Shown: positions 22,425-33,430, numbered from the stretch's first letter. The stretch: DNA of 64,000 bases from an uncultured Methanoregulaceae archaeon (GCA_963737635.1 CAVTTL010000001.1:736001-800000), one strand, 5' to 3'. Made by a program: numbers and translations. The notes: generated from the sequence alone by a model not told the origin.

Positions 22425-24644
22425 ATGACGACGGGGATTTTTATCCTGACAACTGTTGGTGTCGCTCTGGTACTTACCGGGGGCATCAGGTTTCGATTGC
22501 CCCGGTTGAACAAAACCGGTGACACAGCAAATCCCGCAACTGATTTCTCTCCGGTGGCGAGTTCCCGGAAAGATAAAATGCCTACCGCTGGAGGCCCCGG
22601 AAACTACTACCAGAAAATCATCACTGCGCTCTCCAGCCGTTCGGTTAAAGGAAGTCTCCTCCTCTTGACCACTGCAGTAGTAGCGTTGGTCACCGGTGTC
22701 GTCGTGCTGTTCGTTGATATGCCCATTCTCCTGATGGGCATCCTGTCCGTCGTCTCTCTCGCCATGTTGATCCTTTGTATGGCAGCAATCCGTACACGTT
22801 TTTTCCGGGCTCAACCGACCCCCGACAACATTGCGCCGGATAAGAGCCCGGGCGCAAAAACTCCTCAACAGCCAGTTCAAACAAGGCTCGTTTCACCGTA
22901 CCTCCGGTTGCTCCGATCGATGGGAAACCGGACAGGTCGCGGCGATGCGGTGATCCTTGCCTTCTGTCTCGTAGGAATCCCTGCGGCATATATCACATCC
23001 TTTATCGATCTGCCACTGATGCTTCTGGTACTCTTCGGCATCCTTTCATTCGCCGCACTCGGGACCGCCTGCATCGCAGCAGTATTCAGGTTTGCCCCGG
23101 AAAAGGGGGTCGTGCTCCTGCCTGATCCGAACAAGACCACTCCTTGTGCCCCCGAACCTCTTGCCCCCGGGGCCGGCACGTCAGGTCCCGTGCAGGAACC
23201 GGTGACTGCATCACTCCCAGAAAAACCGGAGGGCGGAACCCGTGATGTGTACTGGGTCCAGCCGCCGTTTGCCTATATAAAAATCGTCCGGCAGGGAAAC
23301 CTGGGTTTTGTCTACACCGTCATCGAACCGGTGCTAACAACCCGGGAGAAGATCCTCCTTCAGGAGACCTACAATCACCTGCGCGATGTCATCATCTTCG
23401 ACAACCCGGAAAAATCCCCTCACGACCTGCTTAACCAAGAGAACATCTACCGCATCCTCCGGGAAAACGATCCCACGATCGCCCCTGAACGCTACCCCGT
23501 TCTCGGCTATTTCCTGAAGCGCGATCTTTCGGGATTCGGCCCGCTCGAACCTCTCATGCACGACCAGGCACTTGAGGATATCAGTTGTAATGGCGAGGAC
23601 CTGCCGGTCTTTATCTTTCACCGTATCTACGGCAGCCTCCGGACGAGCGTCCTGTTCCGGAAAGGGGAGTTCAACCAGTTCGTTTTAAAGCTCGCCCAGA
23701 AGGCCAACAAGCAGATCTCACTTTCAAACCCCATGGTGGACGCTGCCCTTCCCGACGGTTCGCGGGTCCAGGTCACCTACAGCAATGTCATATCCACCAA
23801 CGGTAGTTCCTTTACGATCCGTAAATTCCGTGCCGATCCGATGACACCACTCGATCTCATAAAGTTAGGAACCTACAATAGCGAGATCCTTGCCTTTCTC
23901 TGGCTGGTCATAGAGCACCGGAGAAGCCTGATCGTTGCCGGCGGTACGGCAAGCGGCAAAACCTCGACCATGAATGCACTCTCCCTGTTTATCCCGCTCA
24001 ACTCAAAGATCGTATCCCTGGAGGATACCCGGGAGATCCAACTTCCCCACAAGAACTGGCTGGCGACCCAGACACGGGAACTGAATATACCGGGAATGCC
24101 GGGGGATGTCGATCTCTTTTCCCTCCTGAAATCTTCCATGCGACAGCGACCGGAGTATATCATCGTCGGAGAAGTACGCGGCAAGGAGGCCCAGACATTA
24201 TTTCAGGCAATGAACACCGGCCACGCAACCCTTTCAACCATCCATGCCGGCAGCGTCCAGGAATCCATCAACCGGCTCACCCACGAACCGATCAATGTCC
24301 CTACGGTCATGTTTACCGCACTCGATCTGGTCGTTAACCAAGCCGTATTCACCTACGGCAACAACCGCGTACGGCGCTGCGCTGCCATTCACGAGATCTC
24401 TGTGGACGCCCAAGGGATCATCATCCCGGTCAAACTGTACGAGTGGGATGTCGGCGGCGACCGGTTCAACAAAGTGGCGCCAGATTCACGGGTACTGAAT
24501 GAGATTGCCGCGATGCGGAACTGGTCGAAAGAAAAGCTCGCAGAAGAGATCACGCGACGTGAAGAATTCCTGAATGTCGCACTGGATGTCCCCACACCGG
24601 ATATCCTCGATCTCGCAAATGCGATCCACGAGCTTGGGGAATGA
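22425..24644 (+). CDS. Type II/IV secretion ATPase with N-terminal transmembrane extension
   Basis: About five hydrophobic segments, then LEDISCNG, GGTASGKTS, RQRPEYIIVGEVRG, AMNTGH; start may be a few codons upstream. Confidence 0.9.
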   Translation: MTTGIFILTTVGVALVLTGGIRFRLPRLNKTGDTANPATDFSPVASSRKDKMPTAGGPGNYYQKIITALSSRSVKGSLLLLTTAVVALVTGVVVLFVDMPILLMGILSVVSLAMLILCMAAIRTRFFRAQPTPDNIAPDKSPGAKTPQQPVQTRLVSPYLRLLRSMGNRTGRGDAVILAFCLVGIPAAYITSFIDLPLMLLVLFGILSFAALGTACIAAVFRFAPEKGVVLLPDPNKTTPCAPEPLAPGAGTSGPVQEPVTASLPEKPEGGTRDVYWVQPPFAYIKIVRQGNLGFVYTVIEPVLTTREKILLQETYNHLRDVIIFDNPEKSPHDLLNQENIYRILRENDPTIAPERYPVLGYFLKRDLSGFGPLEPLMHDQALEDISCNGEDLPVFIFHRIYGSLRTSVLFRKGEFNQFVLKLAQKANKQISLSNPMVDAALPDGSRVQVTYSNVISTNGSSFTIRKFRADPMTPLDLIKLGTYNSEILAFLWLVIEHRRSLIVAGGTASGKTSTMNALSLFIPLNSKIVSLEDTREIQLPHKNWLATQTRELNIPGMPGDVDLFSLLKSSMRQRPEYIIVGEVRGKEAQTLFQAMNTGHATLSTIHAGSVQESINRLTHEPINVPTVMFTALDLVVNQAVFTYGNNRVRRCAAIHEISVDAQGIIIPVKLYEWDVGGDRFNKVAPDSRVLNEIAAMRNWSKEKLAEEITRREEFLNVALDVPTPDILDLANAIHELGE

Positions 24645-24645
24645 A

Positions 24646-26478
24646 ATGACCGTTTTTTCGTCTCTGAGATCGGCTGGATCCTCGCTTGAAAAATTTGAGC
24701 TCGTGGTTCTTGGAGTTAATCTCAAGAATGATCTCCGCTCCTCGCACCTTCCCTTTACCGCCGAACAGTACCTCCGTTCCATAAGGATCAACTCGGCCGC
24801 ATCGATCGCGTTTTTTTTCGGGTTTTTTGCTTTTGTCCAGATAACAGGATACGATTTCGGGCTTTTTACCTTAATTCCTCCGTTATTGTTCTGGATCTTT
24901 TTGTTTGCCATGTGCGTACCGGGAGTGTATATATTCCAGATCTACTACCCCGTAATGCTGGCACGGGGGAGACAATCAAAAATCGATCTTGACCTGCCCT
25001 ATGCCGTCTCGTACATGCAGGCCCTCTCCACTACGATGTCCCCCTTCGAAGTCGTAAAAAAAATTTATGAGGAAAAATCCATGTTCAGCGAGGTCTCGCT
25101 TGAGTTCGGCCAAGTGGTGCGGGATGTGGAACTTTTCGGCGATGACCTGATAACGGCGCTGCGCAACGTCCAGAAGACCACCCCCTCACCTCTTTTCCGG
25201 GACTTTATCAACGATCTGGGGGTGGTTTACGAAAGCGGTGGCGATATAACCTCGTACCTCTCTTCAAAGACCGCATTTTTTCATGAGCAGGCACGGCGGG
25301 AGCTCGATCTGTTACTCAAGACCATCGAGATCATGGCAGAGGTGTATGTCTCTGCTTTTGTTGCGGGGCCCATAGCCCTCATTATCATGATCGTGGCCCA
25401 GGGAATGACCAGCCAATCGGCAATGGACTGGATCCTTCCCTTCATGTATTTGGTAATCCCTGTCGGGGCCATCGTAATGATCTGGATGCTCTCGATCATG
25501 CTGCCCCCGGAAAATCTTGAGATCACCAGAAGGGAGATGGTTGATACCGGATTCAGCTCCGGGATATCCATTGAAGACGATCCTTTCAGCGAGGAACCCG
25601 CATTTTACAAGTCCATTGAAGCAAAGAGAAAAGAACGCAGGATCTACACGTTGCTTCGTCATCCTTTTCGCTCGTATATCACCAACTATAATTACGGGCT
25701 GATTGCCGGGGCAGCCTGTGCCGGTATTTTTGTCGTACTGTTTATGACGGGGGGAGACAACGCCATTTTCCCGAAGAATGCATTTGAGGCCGGCGTCTGT
25801 CTTATTCTCATCGGATTCATGGCGCCGATATCTCTTGCCTATGAGGGGCGGCGGTGGTACGTCAGAAACGTAGAGGCCAATATTCCTGAGTTCCTGCGTG
25901 AACTCTCTGACATGATCGAGATTGGTCTTACGTTACCGGATGCGATCCATCGCATCGCCAATGCAAAACTGGGTCTTTTGAGCTCAGAGCTTGCCATCGT
26001 ATCACGGGAGGTGAGCACCGGCGAATACATTAACTCTGCGCTGGTGCGTATGGAAGAAAGGATCGGCCTCGTATCGGTCAAACGGGCAATATCCCTGCTG
26101 GTGAAGGCAAGTGAAATCACGTCCAACCTGAGGGACATTTTTATTATCGCTATTTCCGACTTCGAACATTACCTGAAGCTCGGGAGCGAACGGGCCAATA
26201 CCGCCATAGTGTACGTGATGATCATCTACCTTTCGTTTGGCATCTATCTCTACACGGCGTACCAGCTCAACGGGCCCTTTATGTCGAGTTTCTCCTCATT
26301 TAACCTCAGTTTCAATCTCTCCCAGAACGTTACGGAAATGTTTGATATCGCAGTTATCCTCGGCCTCTTCTCCGGCATCATGGCTGGCCAATTCAGTTCG
26401 AATAGCGTCCTTGCGGGGTTCAAGCACAGCATCGTCCTTCTCGCGGCGGCGGTGGCGATGTTTGTATTTATCATATAA
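24646..26478 (+). CDS. Type II/IV secretion platform protein (TadC/FlaJ-like)
   Basis: IDLDLPYAVSYM, TTPSPLFRDF, IPEFLREL, MAGQFSS..VLAGFKHS. Confidence 0.9.
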   Translation: MTVFSSLRSAGSSLEKFELVVLGVNLKNDLRSSHLPFTAEQYLRSIRINSAASIAFFFGFFAFVQITGYDFGLFTLIPPLLFWIFLFAMCVPGVYIFQIYYPVMLARGRQSKIDLDLPYAVSYMQALSTTMSPFEVVKKIYEEKSMFSEVSLEFGQVVRDVELFGDDLITALRNVQKTTPSPLFRDFINDLGVVYESGGDITSYLSSKTAFFHEQARRELDLLLKTIEIMAEVYVSAFVAGPIALIIMIVAQGMTSQSAMDWILPFMYLVIPVGAIVMIWMLSIMLPPENLEITRREMVDTGFSSGISIEDDPFSEEPAFYKSIEAKRKERRIYTLLRHPFRSYITNYNYGLIAGAACAGIFVVLFMTGGDNAIFPKNAFEAGVCLILIGFMAPISLAYEGRRWYVRNVEANIPEFLRELSDMIEIGLTLPDAIHRIANAKLGLLSSELAIVSREVSTGEYINSALVRMEERIGLVSVKRAISLLVKASEITSNLRDIFIIAISDFEHYLKLGSERANTAIVYVMIIYLSFGIYLYTAYQLNGPFMSSFSSFNLSFNLSQNVTEMFDIAVILGLFSGIMAGQFSSNSVLAGFKHSIVLLAAAVAMFVFII

Positions 26479-26488
26479 GGGAGAGACC

Positions 26489-26947
26489 ATGAGGCACAAA
26501 AAAAGAACCGGAGATCAGGCAGTTTCAGAAGTCGTAGGTGAAATGCTCATGATCGGGATAGTACTGATCCTTGCCGCTGTTTTCACCTCGCAGCTCCCCA
26601 ATTACCTGCCTTCAGAACGCAGTCCCTCGGTTACCGTCATGATGAGCACTGATACCTTCGGAGACGTTACCTTATGGCACAAAGGAGGTGACTGGGTGAA
26701 AGTCAGTACCCTTAAAGTTATAATCTCGAATACAACCGGACCTGTCCCCGGAGAGCGTGTCTTTACCTTCGCAGATCCGAGCACCTTCATATTCGTCCCT
26801 GATTCAGCAGAAGCCAACGATACTCAGACGTTTGATCTCGGTGGTAATATCACCATTATTTCCGGCTTAACCTTTGACAGGAATACAACAATTACCCTTG
26901 CTACCGATCGTGCTGTGATCTTCACGGGTGCCGTGAGTGGTGAATAG
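26489..26947 (+). CDS. Archaeal type IV pilin
   Basis: Class III signal DQA|VSEVVGEMLMIGIV; HKGGD motif. Confidence 0.88.
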   Translation: MRHKKRTGDQAVSEVVGEMLMIGIVLILAAVFTSQLPNYLPSERSPSVTVMMSTDTFGDVTLWHKGGDWVKVSTLKVIISNTTGPVPGERVFTFADPSTFIFVPDSAEANDTQTFDLGGNITIISGLTFDRNTTITLATDRAVIFTGAVSGE

Positions 26948-26949
26948 AA

Positions 26950-27897
26950 ATGAGAGACGATGCACTTGCCCCGGTCATTGCCGCAATGCTCATCCTGGCG
27001 GCAATAGTTACCTTCTTTTCGATCTATAATGCGATCTATGTCCCCTCGATGAAAGAGTCCTCGGAGGTCGACCACCTTCATAATGTAGAATCATCATTCC
27101 AGCATTTTTCATCGGATGTCGATAATGCGGCCTCATCGCACCAAAACAACCTCGTTTTCAGCGAACCGGTCCAGCTCGGCGGCGGCGATTTTATGTTTAA
27201 CCTGCTCAAATCAAGCGGAACGCTGAATGTACAGAATGAAGGGGATCCGATCTATAATTTAACCATCACAAACGAAACAGGGTCACAGATCGTTCTCTTC
27301 AACGGAACGATAGTAACTTTCTCTTATGAACCCACCGGCAATTTCTGGCAGGATCAGGGGTACCAGTGGCAGTACGGCTACCTCAATGTCACAAAATACG
27401 GTACACTTATCACACCACTTCAATATTACACTATGACCGATGTGAACAATGCATTTAATAATCCCGATTCACCGCTTGCGTCGCTTGCCTCGTCATTTGG
27501 AGAGGTTGATTATGCCATCAACGAGACAGAGCCCTCAGATGATGTCAATCCGGGCGGGAATTGTTCTAATCTCAATTTATGGGCGGTTAACGTGACCACG
27601 TCGCCCGAACATAATTTTATCAGCAGCAACGGGTACGGCACGCTCAGCCTCACTTCTACAATAAACAAAACGATCTATTTTAACGTAGCGAATATTTCAG
27701 TTGGATCCGACAATGAGGCATTTGGGGACGCGACCCTCAATAGCTGGAACATCGGTTTTATTGCAGCGACAACTGGCTGCCCGGGCGACATAGGGCCCGA
27801 TCCTATAATTCACCAGCAATGGAATGTTACGCAGACAATCGATCGCCCGGTGACCGTTACCGTCAATACAGTAAATATCGAGATCAGTGTACACTGA
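26950..27897 (+). CDS. Pilin-like surface protein
   Basis: MRDDA|LAPVIAAMLILA..., VPSMKESSEVDH; many N-X-S/T sequons. Confidence 0.78.
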   Translation: MRDDALAPVIAAMLILAAIVTFFSIYNAIYVPSMKESSEVDHLHNVESSFQHFSSDVDNAASSHQNNLVFSEPVQLGGGDFMFNLLKSSGTLNVQNEGDPIYNLTITNETGSQIVLFNGTIVTFSYEPTGNFWQDQGYQWQYGYLNVTKYGTLITPLQYYTMTDVNNAFNNPDSPLASLASSFGEVDYAINETEPSDDVNPGGNCSNLNLWAVNVTTSPEHNFISSNGYGTLSLTSTINKTIYFNVANISVGSDNEAFGDATLNSWNIGFIAATTGCPGDIGPDPIIHQQWNVTQTIDRPVTVTVNTVNIEISVH

Positions 27898-27926
27898 TAG
27901 TTAACGCATCATCCCCCGGACACTTC

Positions 27927-28706
27927 CTAGGGCCAAGAAGTAGTACTCTCGGATGCCGCCGTCACAAGATTCCGGGTATAGGTTTCACTCGGATTACGGA
28001 GGATGTCTTGTGTCGCTCCCTTTTCGACAATTGATCCGTGATGCATCACTGCCACCGAATCGCTCATCTGCCCGATAATCTGGAGGTCGTGGGAGATGAG
28101 GAGGAGCGTAAGATTGGACTTTTTCTGGATAGACTTTATCAGGCTGAGCACCTGCGCTTGTACCGAGAGATCGAGTGCGGCTGTTGGTTCATCAGCAACA
28201 ATAAATTCAGGATTGAGTGAAAGAACCCGGGCCAACGCAACCCTCTGCTTCTGGCCCCCCGAGATCTCGAAGGGGTACCGGTCGATAAGATCAGATTGAA
28301 GCCCGACCTCTTCGAGCAGGCCAAGGATACGGTCTTCCATCTCATCCGGCCCGGCCCGTTTCCCAATCTCCAAGGGCTCCGCTACACATTCTCGGATAGT
28401 CATACGGGGATCGAGCGATGTATCCGGATCCTGAAACAGGATCTGCATCCGGGGCCTGATTTTCCGGAGTTCCTTCCCGGAAAGCCCGGTCAGATCGATG
28501 CCATCAAAAGATACTTTCCCGCTCGTCGGTTCGATAAGCCGGAGCGCAATCCGGCCAAGCGTGGACTTTCCGCTCCCGCTCTCCCCGACAAGGCCAAGCG
28601 TCTCCCCTTTTTTAATCGATAGGGAGACATCATTCACTGCAACGGTCTTCTGCCGGCGAAGAAACCCTTTTGTGTAGACCTTGGTGATTCCGTCGAATTC
28701 AATCAT
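27927..28706 (-). CDS. ABC transporter ATP-binding protein (OppF/NikE-like)
   Basis: GESGSGKST, ISGGQKQR, IVADEPT. Confidence 0.93.
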   Translation of the reverse strand: MIEFDGITKVYTKGFLRRQKTVAVNDVSLSIKKGETLGLVGESGSGKSTLGRIALRLIEPTSGKVSFDGIDLTGLSGKELRKIRPRMQILFQDPDTSLDPRMTIRECVAEPLEIGKRAGPDEMEDRILGLLEEVGLQSDLIDRYPFEISGGQKQRVALARVLSLNPEFIVADEPTAALDLSVQAQVLSLIKSIQKKSNLTLLLISHDLQIIGQMSDSVAVMHHGSIVEKGATQDILRNPSETYTRNLVTAASESTTSWP

Positions 28707-29637
28707 ACAAGAAACACCGGACCTGACGGGTACCGCCAACACTTGTTGTTCCGGGGTGTTCCGTTTTGCACCGATCCCACGCTGCCGGGCACCGATTAAA
28801 GAACCTGCATCCCTCCGGTAAGTGAGAGGGCGAAGGGCTCGTTCCGGGAATCGAGTGAAGGCCGGCAGAAGGAAGAGACGAGAGCAGCCCCTTAGTGTAG
28901 GGATGGAGAGGCATGCCGAATACTTCCTTTGTTGGTCCGGTTTCTACGATCTCGCCGGCATACATCACGGCGATCCGGGTACAGAGGAACGATGCCGTTC
29001 CTAGATCGTGGGTGATCAGAAACAATGTCCGGTTTCCCGCAACCTTTTCTTTGATCAGATGAAGGATTTGGATCTTGATCTGTGCATCCAGCCCTGATGT
29101 CGGCTCATCGGCGATAATAACCCGGGGATTGCAGATAAGCGCGAGCGCAATAAGGATCCGTTCCCTCATTCCCCCAGAGAACTCGTGGGGATAGCGGCCT
29201 GCAGCCTGCACCGGATCCTCGAATCCAAGAGCATCAAGCAGCCGGATTACCTCCTTTTCCGCTTCATCGGCAGAACAAAGATGATGGATCAAGAGCGGCT
29301 CTGCGATCTGGTCGCCCACCTTCATTACCGGATTGAGGGTATTTGCAGAATTCTGGGAGATCATGGCAATCTCCTTGCCCCGGATCTGCCGTATCGCATT
29401 TTCCGGTGCAGTCACGAGATCCTGCCCGCCGTACCGGATGGTGCCGCTGATCCCGGCATTTTTCGGCAGAAGGCCCATTACGGCCATACCCATAACCGTC
29501 TTTCCGCACCCGGATTCACCGATAAGGCTTAGAGTGTCGCCTTCGCTGAGGGTAAGATCAACCGTGTCCACAGCCCGTATTTTTCCGGAGCGGGTTAAAA
29601 AAACCACGTTCAGGCCGGCGATCCGTATCAGTTCCAT
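28699..29637 (-). CDS. ABC transporter ATP-binding protein (OppD/NikD-like)
   Basis: GESGCGKT, FSGGMRER, ADEPT, HPYT, C-terminal Cys cluster. Confidence 0.93.
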   Translation of the reverse strand: MELIRIAGLNVVFLTRSGKIRAVDTVDLTLSEGDTLSLIGESGCGKTVMGMAVMGLLPKNAGISGTIRYGGQDLVTAPENAIRQIRGKEIAMISQNSANTLNPVMKVGDQIAEPLLIHHLCSADEAEKEVIRLLDALGFEDPVQAAGRYPHEFSGGMRERILIALALICNPRVIIADEPTSGLDAQIKIQILHLIKEKVAGNRTLFLITHDLGTASFLCTRIAVMYAGEIVETGPTKEVFGMPLHPYTKGLLSSLPSAGLHSIPGTSPSPSHLPEGCRFFNRCPAAWDRCKTEHPGTTSVGGTRQVRCFLYD

Positions 29638-29680
29638 CCCCGATGCCTCCAGGCTGCATACTCATGCGGACCGGGGATGC

Positions 29681-30502
29681 TCATATCCGGTTTACCTCTA
29701 TACGGGGGTTAAACTTCTCTTCGAAACTGTACCCGATCATCCCAAGGGCGAGGGAGATCCCGATAACTGCGATACCGGGTGGCAGGATCCACCACCAGAG
29801 CCCGAGCGCGAGACCGCCCTGCGAGTACGCGTTCTGGATCATCGTCCCCCAGTCCACGGTTGTGGTATCCCACATGCCGATAAAACTCAGGCCGACACCC
29901 ATGAGGAGGAGCTGCTGGGACGAGGTCACAAATTTGACCGTGACCAGCGACATCACATTAGGCAGGATGTGCCGGGACATGATCCGGAAATCCGAGGCGC
30001 CTATCGCCCGCGCACCTTCTACGAAATTGGTCCGGGCAACAGAGAGTACCTGGGATCGCATGACACGGACCCCTTGGACGCTGCTCAGAAGGCCCATGAG
30101 CAGACTCACCTGGACAACACCCGGGGAAAAGAATGTGGTGAGGACGATGAGCAGGACAAACATCGGAATGGGCATCACCACATCGATGACCCGGCATACG
30201 ATCTCGTCGACAATACCGCCATAATACCCGATAACAATCCCGACACTTGTGCTGATCCCCACGGCAAGCAGGGCAGAAAAAAAACCAAAGAGCAGGGTGA
30301 TCCGGGCCCCAAAGACCAGCTGGGCGAAAATATCCTGACCCACCTGATTTGTACCGAACAGGTGATAGTTGTCCGGGGGCTGAAGCGGTTTACCGGTAAT
30401 GGCATAGGGACCCTGCGGCGCGATCAGCGGGGCTGCGAGGGCTATCCCGATATAGATGCACAGAATAGCGATGCCCGCCCACAGTATCGCTCTCCTACTC
30501 AT
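29681..30502 (-). CDS. ABC transporter permease (OppC/NikC-like)
   Basis: HLFGTNQVGQD, FVEGARAIGAS, RHILPN, WWWILPPG. Confidence 0.92.
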   Translation of the reverse strand: MSRRAILWAGIAILCIYIGIALAAPLIAPQGPYAITGKPLQPPDNYHLFGTNQVGQDIFAQLVFGARITLLFGFFSALLAVGISTSVGIVIGYYGGIVDEIVCRVIDVVMPIPMFVLLIVLTTFFSPGVVQVSLLMGLLSSVQGVRVMRSQVLSVARTNFVEGARAIGASDFRIMSRHILPNVMSLVTVKFVTSSQQLLLMGVGLSFIGMWDTTTVDWGTMIQNAYSQGGLALGLWWWILPPGIAVIGISLALGMIGYSFEEKFNPRIEVNRI

Positions 30503-31478
30503 CGTTTCCCATCCTGATCCGCGGATCGATCATCGAGGAGAAGATGTCCGCAAGGAGCATTGCCACTATGGTCATCAGTGAATCCAGGAGGAATATGCCT
30601 TCAAGGAGCGGCAGGTCCCGATTTTTAAGGGCTTCAGTAGTCAGGTACCCGATCCCAGGCCAGGAAAAAACGGTCTCGATAAACACGTTTCCCATGATGA
30701 TCGCGGCGCACTGGAACGTCGTGATGGTCACCATGGGAAGAAGAGCGTTTTTGAGCGCATGACGCCAGAGGATACTCCTTTCATCGAGCCCTTTTGCACG
30801 TGCTGTCGTGATGTAATCTTCCCCGATGACGGTTATCATCGAGTTCCGCATCACGTAGTAATTCCCGGTGGCAATAAAAAACGTCATCAGGGCGGTGGGC
30901 AGAACCGCATGGTACAGCAGGTCCGGGATGGAGAGGCCGGTTGAGAGCACGCTGATGCTACTGAACCCTCCGAGGGGAAACCACCTGAGATAAAAGGAGA
31001 AAACCAGAACGGCCATGATCGCCCACCAGAACTCCGGGATCGCCCGGATCACGATCATGATATTGAAGATCGCGAGATCTTTTTTCCCGCCCGATCTCCA
31101 CCCTGACCATGCACCGATGACAGTACCCAGCAGGATCCCAAGGACCGTTGCCGGCACGATGATGATGAGCGACCAGGAGAGTTTCTCGGCAATCATCGGG
31201 AAAACCGGCGTGCCATAGGCGTAGGAGTACCCCCATTGTCCGTGAAGAATGTTAAGGATATACAGGACGTACTGGTCGGTGAGCGGGAGATCCAGGCCAA
31301 ACTGGTGGCGGAACTGGTCGACTGCTGCCTGGGGAATGGTGTTTGAAAGAGAGAGGAGATAGTTGGTAATGTAGTCTCCGGGCATCAAGTGAAGGAGAAA
31401 GAACGTAATGGTGACACAGACGAAAAACGATGTCCCGCTGTAACAGATGCGGCGCAGGAGGTATTTCCCGCTGATCAT
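30495..31478 (-). CDS. ABC transporter permease (OppB/NikB-like)
   Basis: LMPGD, FGLDLP, DYITTARAKGL, HALKNA, ETVFSWPGIG. Confidence 0.92.
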   Translation of the reverse strand: MISGKYLLRRICYSGTSFFVCVTITFFLLHLMPGDYITNYLLSLSNTIPQAAVDQFRHQFGLDLPLTDQYVLYILNILHGQWGYSYAYGTPVFPMIAEKLSWSLIIIVPATVLGILLGTVIGAWSGWRSGGKKDLAIFNIMIVIRAIPEFWWAIMAVLVFSFYLRWFPLGGFSSISVLSTGLSIPDLLYHAVLPTALMTFFIATGNYYVMRNSMITVIGEDYITTARAKGLDERSILWRHALKNALLPMVTITTFQCAAIIMGNVFIETVFSWPGIGYLTTEALKNRDLPLLEGIFLLDSLMTIVAMLLADIFSSMIDPRIRMGNDE

Positions 31479-31673
31479 ACGCGTTTTTCTCCGGGCTCCG
31501 GTGTGCGATTGAAGCAGGTCATCGTGATGGCTCTCGCGTTTTTTTTGATTGAGGGTGGGGAAATGGCTTCATACAGGCATATGCCATTTCAGGAACCGTC
31601 GTGAAACGATGTTGTATTCCCCGGAAAAAATTGATTCCTTTTTTTGAGTCCGTATCCTCATAGAAGCAATCGC

Positions 31674-33329
31674 TTATGATGACTGTACCGGCGTCAGGTT
31701 CTCCAAGACTTTCGGATCCAGGATACTATGATACCCCGGCCCGATATTCCAGCCGGTGAACCGGTCTGTCCGGTATGCCACGAGCGTATCGGTACTGGCG
31801 ACTGGCACTGTTGGCACATCCTGGGCGAGGAGATCCTGCTCCCTGTAGGCCATCTCCAGTATGGCAGTCTGGTTGGAGGTATTCTTGATCTGAGCGACCA
31901 GGCTGTTGTATTCCGGATTATTGTAATTGTAGTAGTTTGTTTTCTGCAAGGGGGTAACGGCGAAATTCCCAAAGGCATCCGGATCATCATGGAGGAGGAC
32001 CGGGAAAGAATCGATAAAGACCGGGTTGGCGTTGACGGCTGTGCGGTACTGGGTTGGATCCTCATAATTCACGGTGCTCACGCTGATCCCCAGCTGCGCC
32101 CAGTCGTTCTTGAGGACAGCGATGATCTTGTCGTTCACGGCGGCACCTTTGGTACCGAGAGGAATGGTGATGGTGACCGGTTTTCCGTCAGGACCAATAA
32201 GAGTCCCATCGGCATTCTTGACAAAACCTGCAGCTGCAAGAAGTTCCTGCGCTTCAGTCAGGTTATAATTGTACATCCCGACATCTGCAGGGTTGACTGC
32301 ATCGCCGGCAAGAGCCGGCAACAGGAAGGTGGTCTCCGTGGGCCTGCCGGTGCCAAACAGGGAGCTCGATCTCGTCGCGGTCGACCGCGTGGCTCATCGC
32401 ATGCCGGAATGTGGAGATGTTGGCCGGGTACTGGGCCATGTTGAACGCAACTTCACATGCTCCTGTATCGTTGATCGAGTAGACCGAGATATTTGGCTCG
32501 CCGGCCAGCTCTGCGCCACTGCGGGGCTGATGCCGGTGACCACATCAATCTCGCCGTTCTTCAAAGCCAGCACCTGGCTGTCGGGATTGGTGATCACCTT
32601 GAGGATCACGCCGGAAATGACCGGTACCCTGCCATGATAATTTTCATTGGTTGTTACCTGGTAATAGCCGGGAGCTGCCTGGGTAAAGGTAAACGGGCCG
32701 GTCCCGATCATCTGGCTGTCCTGGTAATGCTGGGGGTCGGTGACGTTCTGCCAGATGTGCTCCGGCGAAATGGTAATTCCCGGCGTCCGCGAGATCTGAT
32801 CGAGGAAGGCTGAGTACGGGGTCTTGAGGTTGAAAACTGCCGTATAATTATCCGGGCATTCAACAGACTGGACATCTGAGAGAACATAGCTCATAGTGAG
32901 ATTGTGAGCTTTCGGATAATCGTTGGTGAACTTAACATCGGCGCAGGTAAAGGGAGCACCGTCACTCCACGTGGCATTCTGTATAAGATGGAATGTCCAG
33001 GTCTTTGCGTCATCTGAAACATTCCAGCTCTGTGCAAGTGCGGGATCAAATGTGCCGTCAATGTCCTTGATGACAAGATCTTCGTAGATGAGCGAGCCGG
33101 AGGGAATGCCCCCCTTCTGCATGTTGCTGGTATAGCTTAGCGCCGAAGGGGAATCGACCGGGATGATGACGTCGGTAGCGGGGACGTTTGTCAGGTTTCC
33201 TGCGCCGGTGGAGGATGAAGAATCATCCACGCACCCGGCTATGAAACAGAATACCAGAATGCCCATGCAACACAGAGCAAAAAATATGCTGATAGAACGA
33301 TTGTGGGGATGTACTGCTGTATAGTTCAT
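31674..33329 (-). CDS. ABC transporter substrate-binding lipoprotein, family 5 (Ni/peptide/cofactor), split by two indels (32365, 32508)
   Basis: FIAGC lipobox; PALAQSW, WSDGAPFTCADVKF, IGTGPF, ALKNGEID; frames rejoin after single-base corrections. Confidence 0.85.
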
Positions 33330-33409
33330 AGGATAACCTCAGATATCGGAAATGACGGAATCGTAGTGATCAATCGCATGTGGAGTTATTTAACCATTTT
33401 TCTTTAATT

Positions 33410-33430
33410 TTTACCAATGTTCAAAGTTAT
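33410..33430. promoter_or_regulatory. Putative operator, degenerate TTAAC-N11-GTTAA copy upstream of the ABC operon
   Basis: TTTAC-caatgttcaaa-GTTAT, about 80 nt upstream of the binding-protein start. Confidence 0.4.

Noticed and set aside
16365-27897. Archaellum operon
   Set aside because: No archaellins, FlaF/G or chemotaxis genes; pilins are DUF1628-type
29333-30517. Long antisense ORFs (here and at 92-874, 8544-9332, 10283-11251, 13542-14387, 16590-17414)
   Set aside because: Shadows of well-supported genes on the opposite strand, without motifs
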